From a virus, in IMG/VR virus record IMGVR_UViG_3300009034_002371, positions 1 through 64,000 of that record: 64,000 bases of DNA; one strand, given 5' to 3'. Below are positions 1-9,025 of the stretch, in pieces. The stretch's first letter is position 1. Each line of letters begins with the position of its first letter. A model generated the notes under the pieces. The model saw only the letters and a list, made by a program, of their open reading frames with translations. It made no database searches and was not told the DNA's origin. Both the position numbers and the translations under genes were made by a program.

Positions 1-3000
1 ATACATTCTCTTAGGGAAATTACAAGGCGGAACTGGGAGGAGATTGAACGACTTCTTGACCAGTTAACTGAGTTAAGGGATCAAGGAGAGTTGTCCCGTA
101 CAGATGAAAAAAGCGTTGGACACTTTTTGCTTAAATCTCTCATTTTTAACGAGAGACTTGCTAAAGCAATAGATGAAGTGCTGGGGACGGAACCTATGCA
201 GTCTCAATTAGATGCCACTCTTCATTTAGCTCAAACTGAGGAAGAAGAAAGTAACAGTGATAAAGGGACTGTATCAACTTTTCTACAGTCACGGATACAC
301 GAGTCGTTCACACGCGCTGCAGATCAGTTGTACGCTATGGGTCTTATAAATACTGATGAACGTATAGCTATTTCTAGTTGTATCGGTGATGCCCTCGAGG
401 CATTTGCCGATGTTATGAGAGAGAAAGTACCTAGCGCTTTGGAGATAGATGTACCGGTTGAGGTTGCGCAAGAAATCCTCCGAAACGCTATCTTGAATAG
501 AAGACAGGGTGTCCTTCGTGTGGCCCAAGAGCCCGAGCCAGTTCCCATCGGACCTGAGGGGGAGGAGGTTCGGGAACACGGTGCATTTTATACCTCGTTG
601 TCAGACCTGATAGAGTTAGCTCTTGGAGATGAACGTCATGCTATAGCAACTTATGATGCAATACTTGAACCAATGGATGAAGATGATCCAAACAGGCTAG
701 CGTTTGAAGAGATTCTTAGGGATGAGCAGGATCATGAAAAAATTCTTATTCGAATGTTGGGGGCTAAAATACCCCCTCCGGTTAAAGCTGTTAAACTATC
801 CAAGATAGCGTCACTTATTCGATTAGCCATAGACAGGCAGGATTTCTTTGACTTTTATGGGTTGGCTTTTTTGCCAAGTGCTAAGCCCGAGGTTAGCTAT
901 GCAACTGATCCAGATGCGTATTTAGAGAATCTGAGGGAAAACTATGATGCCGTCTTAAATCGTATTTCGACGGTTTTGGATTTGGGTTATCAGTACATTA
1001 CGGAGTTGGGATCTGTGGTTAGGGGCGAGTTTCTTGATAATATCTATCAATCGGGGCTATTCTCGATTGCAGTAGATAAGCTTGAAGGTAAAGTCTCTGA
1101 AGAAACGTTTGATTTTCTGAGCGAGTACGCGCGTATCTATCCTGCACACCCCACAGCAGAAGAGCTTCGGGAGATACATAAGGATATGCCCGTAGAAGAT
1201 TTAGTTGTCCTATATGAAGAACTACCTTGGTCGGGAAATTATGGTGGAGAGCCTTGGGCCCGTATAGCAGAAGCATACGTCCGGTTACAAGATGTCTACG
1301 GTCAAGCTTCTGAAATATTATCGGAGGGGGCAATGCCGGAGGATTGGGCTACTGCTCTTAGGAGTGGAGATTTTGGGAGAGGAGTTACCGATGTAGCTTC
1401 CTCTATAGATTACCTAAACTCCCTAGTGCATAACACCGCTCCAGCTATGGCGAAACTTGATAAATGGATTCCTTATGCTCTCACATTAGTTTCTGCCAGT
1501 GCTGTTGCTCCCCCAGTGGCCGAGGAGATGTCTCCTCAAGCTCGGAAAGCTGTCGGGGAGTATTATCGGGTGCACCCAGAGAGGGGAGAAACTTATGAAC
1601 AGTTTGTTCAGAACTTCGGGAATCGTGTTGAGGAACTCCCTGAAACGGTTAAGACGTACGTCCTTGGAAACGCGGAGGATCCCGAGCTTGTAAAAGATCT
1701 GTTTTATGATTTTGTGAGGAGGAGATCTACTACCTCGGACACGGATAAGATGTCCCAGTATAGTACTTTTCTTAATCAGCTTGAACGGTCACCAGGGTTT
1801 AAAGCACTTGAGCAGGGGGGATATGATAATCAAGGGATGGAAGTGCTGGGGTATATTAGCTCGTTGGATCCTGAAGAAGTTCCTCGGTATATTTCCCAAT
1901 TACCGCCAGCTTATACAAGCGCGTTGTTAAGAAATCCTGATACCTCCCAAGACATTGTGGGCATGGTCGCCGAGAGGACAGATTTACCTCTACCTGTGAT
2001 GGTGGAGTTAGTTCCTCGTATAGAAGATCAAACTATGCGGGAGGAGATGTTTGATCGCCTTACAGATCCTCACCAAACACCACAGGTTATATTTTCCGCA
2101 GCATTTGATCCTATCCGCTTTTTAGACGATCCAAGTCCCTTTATACGTTACCGTGCACTCGATTTTGCTTTTGACAGAGATAAAACTTTTGATGCTAGTG
2201 CCTATCTGGATGATCCTGATGAGCAAGTGAGGGGGCTTGCTCAGCAAATTATGGAGACTCGGCAGGTTCCACCAGAGGAGGCTGACGAAGCACAGTATAA
2301 TTGGGAGGTATTTAGGAACAGTTATGGCAACCTAGTCAGTGAAATGGGTATTTGGGAGCAAATTGAGCCTAGGGAAGTATCTGAAGAAGAGTTCCGATCG
2401 GCTTGGGAGACGCTAGCTGATCCCGGGACAGGTAAGTTTGATAGAGCACAAGCTGCATCGTTCATAAGAGGGTACCCCAAGCCTCCACTTCCAGTAGGTG
2501 CAGAGTTGGGAGAGGCCCAAGTGGTTCTGGAGCAGCTTAAAAGTGAGGGAGTTTCGTTTGAAGACCAGTACCGCGGGCTCCTCGATTGGGCTGGGGATGC
2601 TGGCTATGTATTGCCCAGGATACCTAACCCCGAGGAAGTTGATGCGGCCTGGCAGGGGTTGGGCGGCTCGGCTAAGATACACAGCCCCGCGGGAGTCTCT
2701 GCGGAAGAGATGTTAAATTTTATCGTCGGTTATGGTCCGGCCGAGGAAATACCTGAAGAAGTACCACCCGAGATTTCACCCGCTTTTGCTGATGAGTATG
2801 CTGCTCTTGTACAACAAATGATCAATGCTGGAGAAATTGATCCCAGCCGAGCAATAGTTACCCCGGAGGAGCTTATTGAGGCACAGGAGTATCTGATGTA
2901 CGATCCTATTTCTGGGTTTCAGTATGCTGCGGCAAAAGAGTTCATAAAAAGTTATACACCGGTTGAAGAAGTTCCTGAAGAAGTTCCACCTGAAGAAGCA

Positions 3001-5592
3001 CCTTGGTGGCAGAAGTTATGGCCTTGGGGAGGTAGCCCCGAGCCTACTGAAGCTAGTAAGCTCCCAGACACTGAGGAAGAGTTCTTTGAGTATCTAATCG
3101 CCGCTGCAGAGAAATTCTTATTCGACCCTAACTCGACACAAAACGAAGGTCGTTGGCGTCTTATAGACCCGAGAGTATTTGATCAGGATAGTATTCGTAG
3201 GTGGAATATTTGGAAAGATATAAAAGCCCCAGGTATTCAATTCGTGATGGGGAAAGACACTCGGGATAAGCAATGGAAACCTCAGGCTATCCGTTTTCAA
3301 AAACCGGATTGGGATGAGACATCAGCTTCAGAATGGTGGTCGAAGAACAAGCGTTACTTTACAAAAGAGTGGACTCAGGCTGATTGGGATGAGTGGATGC
3401 AAAAGCGTCCAGGTGAGATTTTCCCAGAGTATGCAGGACGCGAACCCGAAGAAACTAAAGAGGCGCAGGGGCCGCCAGTAGAGCCTGGGAGATTTGATAT
3501 AGGTCTTTGTGCGTGGTGCGGCTCTGTTATGGATCCACAAACTGGAGCGATTATCGGCGACCTCCCCCCTGGAGTTAGTAGAGAAGAAATTGTTACTTCT
3601 GGTATATGTGAAAAGTGTACGAAAAAGTTTCTAGATGAGATGGGAGAGCCCACACTTCAAACTGCTTCCATAGAGAAAGAAGCCGTTTCCGGCTATTGTG
3701 AGATCTGCGGTGACTGGCATGAAGAGCTTTATAGACATAGAACAACACCCGGCTGGGAAGGTGGTGAATACGTTCCAGAGAATATACAGTTGATCTGCGC
3801 GGAATGTCATGAGCGACTTCACCAGGAGGCCGGTGAATATGAGATGGGCGGGCGATGGCGTCATGAGTTACTAATGGAGGAACTTGGACCGGAGGCATAT
3901 AGTGAGTGGCAAGCAGCACGTGGTAGGCAACGCCAAGAGAAACTTTTAGAAATGATGGGCCCTGAAGCGTATGCTGCATATCAGCAGCTTCTAGCTTTGT
4001 ATCGGTGGCACCCCGAAATGTTTCCTGGAGGGCCAAAGTTTGGTCCCAAGGCTGCTGACTCCAAAGTACCGAAAACACTCGCCGTTGACCTCGACGGTAC
4101 TATTCTCGAATACGATGGATATAAAGGTGTAGGTATATTCGGTGAACCTATTGGCGGTGCTAGAGAGACGTTGCAGAGGTTTAGAGACGATGGGTGGTAT
4201 ATTGTTATAGATACTTGTCGGGGAGAGGTACCACTAGTTATAGAGCATTTGATGATTCAGGAGATTCCATTTGATACTGTGAATACTAATCCTTTTCAAC
4301 CAGATACTGCTAACCCCGGTAAGCCTATGGCAGATTATAGAATAGATGACTCAGCTATTTGTTTTAGCGGCGACTGGTTGGCGGTTTATGATGAGATAAG
4401 CCGCAGGGAGAAGGATAAGGAATACTCTCCGCTGGAGGCTATTAAAGTTACCGCTAACAGTGGCGGTGCTTTCGCATATGATCCAACTAGAGGTATACTA
4501 CTCGACTTTACAGACCCTTTTGGGCATCGTACTCAACCACAAGATTATCCTGATCCGGCATATTGGGGGTACCCCAAAAGTCTCAAAAAGAAACGGAGGA
4601 AGCGTAAAAGAGATGAAGAAACGTCTAAGGATATTCGTCCTACCGGAAGTGTCCTCGATTTCCCGAGGGGATCGCTCGACCCAGCGATCTGGGAATATGA
4701 AGAAGGAGCGGGCATCCCGAAACTCCGTCCGGAAGTAAAAGAAACCATTACCAGAGAGTTTCAAGACTGGGCGGATTTGGTAGGGATATATGCTGATCCC
4801 GAGGATTGGATTAAAGAGTACCTATTTGTCGGATCCTCAGCAACAACGCAATGGAAAGAGATAAGTGATATTGATATAACTGTAGTAATAGATACAGATA
4901 TCGTCGAAGCTTCTAATGTGGTTCCGAGTGACATTATCGGAGAAGAAGTAGCTTCGTGGTTGGGGATTCAGGCTTCGTTGGGCTTAAGTGGTTACGAGAT
5001 TGCTAAACATCCGGTGAACTATTGGATAGCTTCCGATGAAAAACCCGTTGATTTTGCCGACGCTGTATATAATCTTAATACTGACACCTGGATTAAACCT
5101 CCTCCTGAAGTGCCCATGCCGTTTGATCCCGAGGAAGCTTTTGGAGATGTTTGGAAAGAGGCCAGGAGCTGGGCGAACAGCTTCGATATAGGGCTTAGTG
5201 AGACTAGGAGAGATATAGCCGATTTTACGGATTTGGTTAAGTATCGTAAAGAGGAAGAAGCCCGAGGAATAGAGCTTGATGAGCTTTTTTGGGTTGGAGC
5301 TAAGATGGGAGTTAAGCGCGGTGAAATTGAGCAAGATATAAGAGCAATATTAGATGATTTTAAGAAACTTTATGAGCAAAAGGAATTGGCATTCGCAGCC
5401 CCTGTGCAGATGCCACCTGAGGGACGTTTATACTTCTCCAGGAGCTGGTTACCAGCTGTTCTTGTATGGAAATGGCTTGAGAGATATCATTATCTCAAGT
5501 TGCTGAAGGATATATTTCAAATCTATAAGGACGAGCCAGAGGATACTATAACCGAAGAGAAGGTTTGGAAACTAAGGGAAATGCTATCCTAG
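1..5592 (+). CDS. Giant multi-domain (polyvalent) head-region protein, 5'-partial: ferritin-like helix pair, HEAT-like repeats, Zn finger, HNH, HAD phosphatase, Pol-beta-type nucleotidyltransferase
   Basis: Frame is open from base 1 (IHSLREITRR... runs into the listed 91 start). Motifs: DERHAIATY...DEQDHEK (~625-740); CAWC..CEKC (~3508-3620); CEIC..H...GGEY..ENIQLICAECHERLH (~3697-3825); AVDLDGT...KP.ADYRIDD (~4080-4350); FVGS...SDIDITVVID (~4825-4895). Confidence 0.75.
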   Translation: MHSLREITRRNWEEIERLLDQLTELRDQGELSRTDEKSVGHFLLKSLIFNERLAKAIDEVLGTEPMQSQLDATLHLAQTEEEESNSDKGTVSTFLQSRIHESFTRAADQLYAMGLINTDERIAISSCIGDALEAFADVMREKVPSALEIDVPVEVAQEILRNAILNRRQGVLRVAQEPEPVPIGPEGEEVREHGAFYTSLSDLIELALGDERHAIATYDAILEPMDEDDPNRLAFEEILRDEQDHEKILIRMLGAKIPPPVKAVKLSKIASLIRLAIDRQDFFDFYGLAFLPSAKPEVSYATDPDAYLENLRENYDAVLNRISTVLDLGYQYITELGSVVRGEFLDNIYQSGLFSIAVDKLEGKVSEETFDFLSEYARIYPAHPTAEELREIHKDMPVEDLVVLYEELPWSGNYGGEPWARIAEAYVRLQDVYGQASEILSEGAMPEDWATALRSGDFGRGVTDVASSIDYLNSLVHNTAPAMAKLDKWIPYALTLVSASAVAPPVAEEMSPQARKAVGEYYRVHPERGETYEQFVQNFGNRVEELPETVKTYVLGNAEDPELVKDLFYDFVRRRSTTSDTDKMSQYSTFLNQLERSPGFKALEQGGYDNQGMEVLGYISSLDPEEVPRYISQLPPAYTSALLRNPDTSQDIVGMVAERTDLPLPVMVELVPRIEDQTMREEMFDRLTDPHQTPQVIFSAAFDPIRFLDDPSPFIRYRALDFAFDRDKTFDASAYLDDPDEQVRGLAQQIMETRQVPPEEADEAQYNWEVFRNSYGNLVSEMGIWEQIEPREVSEEEFRSAWETLADPGTGKFDRAQAASFIRGYPKPPLPVGAELGEAQVVLEQLKSEGVSFEDQYRGLLDWAGDAGYVLPRIPNPEEVDAAWQGLGGSAKIHSPAGVSAEEMLNFIVGYGPAEEIPEEVPPEISPAFADEYAALVQQMINAGEIDPSRAIVTPEELIEAQEYLMYDPISGFQYAAAKEFIKSYTPVEEVPEEVPPEEAPWWQKLWPWGGSPEPTEASKLPDTEEEFFEYLIAAAEKFLFDPNSTQNEGRWRLIDPRVFDQDSIRRWNIWKDIKAPGIQFVMGKDTRDKQWKPQAIRFQKPDWDETSASEWWSKNKRYFTKEWTQADWDEWMQKRPGEIFPEYAGREPEETKEAQGPPVEPGRFDIGLCAWCGSVMDPQTGAIIGDLPPGVSREEIVTSGICEKCTKKFLDEMGEPTLQTASIEKEAVSGYCEICGDWHEELYRHRTTPGWEGGEYVPENIQLICAECHERLHQEAGEYEMGGRWRHELLMEELGPEAYSEWQAARGRQRQEKLLEMMGPEAYAAYQQLLALYRWHPEMFPGGPKFGPKAADSKVPKTLAVDLDGTILEYDGYKGVGIFGEPIGGARETLQRFRDDGWYIVIDTCRGEVPLVIEHLMIQEIPFDTVNTNPFQPDTANPGKPMADYRIDDSAICFSGDWLAVYDEISRREKDKEYSPLEAIKVTANSGGAFAYDPTRGILLDFTDPFGHRTQPQDYPDPAYWGYPKSLKKKRRKRKRDEETSKDIRPTGSVLDFPRGSLDPAIWEYEEGAGIPKLRPEVKETITREFQDWADLVGIYADPEDWIKEYLFVGSSATTQWKEISDIDITVVIDTDIVEASNVVPSDIIGEEVASWLGIQASLGLSGYEIAKHPVNYWIASDEKPVDFADAVYNLNTDTWIKPPPEVPMPFDPEEAFGDVWKEARSWANSFDIGLSETRRDIADFTDLVKYRKEEEARGIELDELFWVGAKMGVKRGEIEQDIRAILDDFKKLYEQKELAFAAPVQMPPEGRLYFSRSWLPAVLVWKWLERYHYLKLLKDIFQIYKDEPEDTITEEKVWKLREMLS

Positions 5593-5612
5593 ATACCTGG
5601 GGAGGTTTTACT

Positions 5613-6671
5613 ATGAGGGGGATGTTTTTGAACTTCACAGGCGATGCCACAATTGATGAGGCTGTGGAAGAGTACACACTACTCCATGCGCTTGAGGATG
5701 ATTGGATTGATTATACAGAGGTTCGTGATCGGATGGCTGAGCTTATTGAGCAAGGTAAGGGTCTCCCCAGAGAGACGGTTCTTGCTAGATTGACCGAGGT
5801 GCATGGCGCACCACAGTTTAAATCCCCCGCTCAGCGTCGGTGGTATTTTGCTACGCAGAAGGGTGATGAAGGAAAAGTACCTGAATCTAAGGGCAAACGG
5901 TGGCAGGAAATTTTGCAACAAGCAAAAGACGCACTGGCGGCTCAACCGGATATAACGGGTCCTGAACTAGTAGGTTTAGTTGATATGGATCCTCCACTAT
6001 CGCCTAGTGAGCAAGAGCGTGTAGAGAAGCTGGTTTCTCCGGAGAGGGCTAGGAGGTTAGTGAGAGCGCCTGAAGCGGTTCCTAAGGAGGAACGCACTCC
6101 AGAAACCGAGGAACTTGTGACGGAGAGATGGCCGAAACGGGAACGGGAGAGGGAAGAGAAGAAGGAGAAAGAGCTCGTGCCTAAACCGAAGAAAAGGACC
6201 AAAAGAACTCAGTTGGGTCCGAGTCAGATTCCTTTTGTTTCACAGCCGGGAATGCCTTATGTGGGCGCAGAGAAAGCTCCTCAGAAGGCATACTTCCTCG
6301 ACAAATGTCCAGAGATAGCTGATGGTGATAACTGGCGAGCTTTTCAGCAGGCGGTACAGCTTGTACGAAGTGACGTGGAGGATGGAGATGTTAAGGCGAC
6401 TCTTTGCGCGGAATATCCTGAGGTCGACCCCCAGGAGATTTTACAAGCTGCGAAAGGGTATCTTAGACAGGCAAAGAAGGATCCCTATGTGGATGGTCGG
6501 GTATACGCTGATAGCTTAGTTCGTCAGGGTATGAGTGTAGCTGCACTAGCGGCTGAGTATTCTAGTTTACAGTGGCAGGAGGTCGATCCTAGATTTATAC
6601 AGGGTTTCCAAGGAGGGCTACCTTTCGATGTCCTAAGAGTGATACGACGCAAAGAGAGGGTGTTACTTTAG
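5613..6671 (+). CDS. Hypothetical phage head-region protein
   Basis: ATG at 5613 follows GGAGG; contains short motif FKSPAQRRWYFA, also seen at the end of 13986..15938. Confidence 0.7.
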   Translation: MRGMFLNFTGDATIDEAVEEYTLLHALEDDWIDYTEVRDRMAELIEQGKGLPRETVLARLTEVHGAPQFKSPAQRRWYFATQKGDEGKVPESKGKRWQEILQQAKDALAAQPDITGPELVGLVDMDPPLSPSEQERVEKLVSPERARRLVRAPEAVPKEERTPETEELVTERWPKREREREEKKEKELVPKPKKRTKRTQLGPSQIPFVSQPGMPYVGAEKAPQKAYFLDKCPEIADGDNWRAFQQAVQLVRSDVEDGDVKATLCAEYPEVDPQEILQAAKGYLRQAKKDPYVDGRVYADSLVRQGMSVAALAAEYSSLQWQEVDPRFIQGFQGGLPFDVLRVIRRKERVLL

Positions 6672-6701
6672 GAGATACTAATTAGTATAGGAGGATGAGA
6701 C

Positions 6702-6962
6702 ATGATTATTACAAACAACACGGCTCAGGATATAACTTTTGAATTGGATGTTAATAAGAATCCGCTCAAGGGTATGCAGAGTAGGCTTACTGTTCGCCCG
6801 GGTTACCCAGCGACGGTAGATGTCGAGCACATTTGGATGCTGGTCCAGGATCAGGGTTTTCAAGCCCAGGTCGCCGCTGGAAATATCGACATCACCTATG
6901 CTGCAGCAGACACCACATACCTAGCCAATATTCTGAGTTTCCTCAACGGCACATACACTTGA
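6702..6962 (+). CDS. Small putative virion protein, paralog 1 of 3
   Basis: GGAGG RBS; shares TNNT...SRL.V.....VDVE...D.GFQ.....GNI pattern with 7043 and 7376. Confidence 0.7.
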   Translation: MIITNNTAQDITFELDVNKNPLKGMQSRLTVRPGYPATVDVEHIWMLVQDQGFQAQVAAGNIDITYAAADTTYLANILSFLNGTYT

Positions 6963-6982
6963 TGCCTAGCGGACTGGCCTGT

Positions 6983-7004
6983 GGGGCGGTAATCCTACCG
7001 CCCC
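6983..7004 (+). other. GC-rich intergenic hairpin
   Basis: ggggcggta-atcc-taccgcccc, perfect 9-bp stem; no U-tract on +, A-run shortly downstream. Confidence 0.5.
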
Positions 7005-7042
7005 GAAGCTGCCAAAAAAATGTGTCTGGGAGGTAGACGAAA

Positions 7043-7357
7043 ATGGCTTCAAACGCTCTTGTAAGGCTCACAAATAATACGAATCAAAGCTATGCATTCG
7101 AGGTCGACATTAACAAACCGGTGAAGTTTGTCAGCAGGCTGGTACTGCCTGCCAATGGATCAGCTGAAGTTGAGGTGGAAACAGTTGTCCCTATGGTTTT
7201 CTTCGATAGAGGTTTCCAGGCAGCAATAGTTAGTGGTAATGTTACAATTGCTTTTAACTTCACCACATCCAATAACGTAGCAAGCACAGCAAGCAGGTAT
7301 CTCAACAATATCCAAAGGTTCCTTGCTGCAAATGCATCCGGTTGGCAAACGTCCTAG
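7043..7357 (+). CDS. Small putative virion protein, paralog 2 of 3
   Basis: GGAGGT RBS; RLTNNTN...VSRLVLPAN...FDRGFQAAIVSGNV. Confidence 0.7.
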   Translation: MASNALVRLTNNTNQSYAFEVDINKPVKFVSRLVLPANGSAEVEVETVVPMVFFDRGFQAAIVSGNVTIAFNFTTSNNVASTASRYLNNIQRFLAANASGWQTS

Positions 7358-7375
7358 TCTGGGGGTGAAAGGGGA

Positions 7376-8113
7376 ATGAGACTTACAAATACCATAAGTA
7401 ATAATATAGCTTTTGGTGGGGAAACAGGTAAGTCTGTGAAATATGTGTCTCGTCTTATTGTCCCTGCCAACAGTTACAGGGACGTTGATATAGAACAAGT
7501 AATGCCCCTGGCCCTTTTTGATCGGGGTTTCCAGAACAGCGTTGCTAACGGCAGCATAGTTCTGACTTTCGGATCTGCAGATCAATCTTATCTGAGTCGA
7601 GTGCGAGGTTTTCTGAATAGTTTGTTGAATTTGAGCTCATCGAGTTCCTGCTCTTCGAGTTTCAGTAGTTGTTCATCGAGCTTCAGCAGTTCGAGTTTCA
7701 GTAGCTGCTCATCGAGCTTCAGCAGTTCGAGTAGTTGTTCATCGAGCTTCAGCAGTTCGAGTAGCTGTTCATCGAGCTTCAGTAGTTCGAGTAGCTGTTC
7801 ATCGAGCTTCAGTAGTTCGAGTAGCTGTTCATCGAGCTTCAGTAGCTGCAGTTCCAGCTTCTGTTCATCGAGTTCAAGCTTCTCGAGTTCATCTAGCTGC
7901 TCATCGAGCTTCAGCTCATCGAGTTCATGTTCAAGTAGCTTCTCAAGTTGTTCATCGAGTTCAAGCTTCTCGAGTTCATCTAGCTGCAGTTCCAGCTTCT
8001 CAAGTTGTTCATCGAGTTCCAGCTTTAGCTCGTCAAGTTCATGTTCAAGTAGCTTCAGTAGCTCGTCAAGTAGCAGTCCCTCGTTCTCAAGTTCTAGTTC
8101 AAGTACCCCTTAA
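7376..8113 (+). CDS. Small putative virion protein, paralog 3 of 3, with ~155-aa poly-Ser/Cys/Phe tail
   Basis: RLTNT...VSRLIVPAN...FDRGFQNSVANGSI followed by (SSSSSCSSSF)n. Confidence 0.75.
   Translation: MRLTNTISNNIAFGGETGKSVKYVSRLIVPANSYRDVDIEQVMPLALFDRGFQNSVANGSIVLTFGSADQSYLSRVRGFLNSLLNLSSSSSCSSSFSSCSSSFSSSSFSSCSSSFSSSSSCSSSFSSSSSCSSSFSSSSSCSSSFSSSSSCSSSFSSCSSSFCSSSSSFSSSSSCSSSFSSSSSCSSSFSSCSSSSSFSSSSSCSSSFSSCSSSSSFSSSSSCSSSFSSSSSSSPSFSSSSSSTP
7634..8104 (+). repeat. Ser-tract repeat, including four tandem 30-bp units (7711-7830) encoding the 10-aa unit SSSSSCSSSF
   Basis: atcgagcttcagYagttcgagtagYtgttc at 7711, 7741, 7771 and 7801. Confidence 0.9.
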
Positions 8114-8182
8114 TGTAGAGTTGGTAATATTTTCTGCCTGTTTGCAAGGTGAGAGATGGCAGAGTAGACTTGAGGGTATACG

Positions 8183-8995
8183 TTGACTTTTAAATACCCG
8201 TATCCTACAATTAAGGTACATGCAGATGTACAGGATGTTAGCTCGTGGCAGAATGCTATAGCTGATATCTGGCAGGAAATGCCAGACAAAGCTCGAAAAG
8301 TTGCAAATCAGTTAGTTTCAGTTGTTATAGTTGTAAATCCTAACGACCCGAGATTAACGCTGGGCTACACCAAAGAGCCAAAAGCAGCTGCTATTGGAAA
8401 TACTTTGATTCTCTCGTGTAGTGAAGATGTTAACGAGCTATTACACGAGGTAGCCCACACTATAGTTGATAGGGGTTTTACAGGCAGGGATCGGGAAGCA
8501 GTTGATCACTTCTATGATTTCTCGGATAGTGAAAGAGCTCCGTCAGAAAGACTAGCTGAAGATTTCTACTTTACCGTTAAAGGAGATGAGCCTTCCCCTT
8601 TTTGGCAATGGTGGTTTGAACGTGGTTTAGTTGAGGGAGAGAAAATGAGAACAGTGGTGGCCGAGAAAATAGCAAAGCTTGCACGGAACACAAGTGTGAA
8701 TCCTCTACACGTCGTTGAAGCAGTGCTAGATGCATTTGCCGAGGAACTTGTTTACGACTTCGGCGGTGAGGAGCATGTGTGGCTTTACGGTATCGCCAGA
8801 GAGGCTTTAAAGGAAGCTCAAAAGGAAGATCAGCTAGCCTATGAAAATCGCTCTGCCCCTCATCAGTACTACTATGCGGAGGACCTAGCAACTCCACCGA
8901 CCCGTCCTCGGAAACAACCGCTAGGTGAACCGCTGAAAGTTGAACGACCGGATGTTACAATGAGGGGGACATACACAACACCACCTATGGTGTAA
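8183..8995 (+). CDS. Zincin-like (HEXXH) metallopeptidase-domain protein
   Basis: LLHEVAH followed by ERLAEDF (third-ligand Glu region), typical of phage MPTase-like domains. Confidence 0.6.
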   Translation: MTFKYPYPTIKVHADVQDVSSWQNAIADIWQEMPDKARKVANQLVSVVIVVNPNDPRLTLGYTKEPKAAAIGNTLILSCSEDVNELLHEVAHTIVDRGFTGRDREAVDHFYDFSDSERAPSERLAEDFYFTVKGDEPSPFWQWWFERGLVEGEKMRTVVAEKIAKLARNTSVNPLHVVEAVLDAFAEELVYDFGGEEHVWLYGIAREALKEAQKEDQLAYENRSAPHQYYYAEDLATPPTRPRKQPLGEPLKVERPDVTMRGTYTTPPMV

Positions 8996-9025
8996 AAGTT
9001 TGAGCGTAATTTTGGAGGGTTTGAG

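Noticed and set aside
7711-7830. 30-bp repeats resembling CRISPR repeat length
   Set aside because: Directly tandem with no unique spacers, in frame within a CDS, and no cas genes
7376-8113. Ser/Cys-rich tails as RiPP (thiazole/oxazole or lanthipeptide) precursors
   Set aside because: No YcaO, LanB/C/M, SPASM-type enzyme or transporter in the window; tracts are fused to structural-type domains
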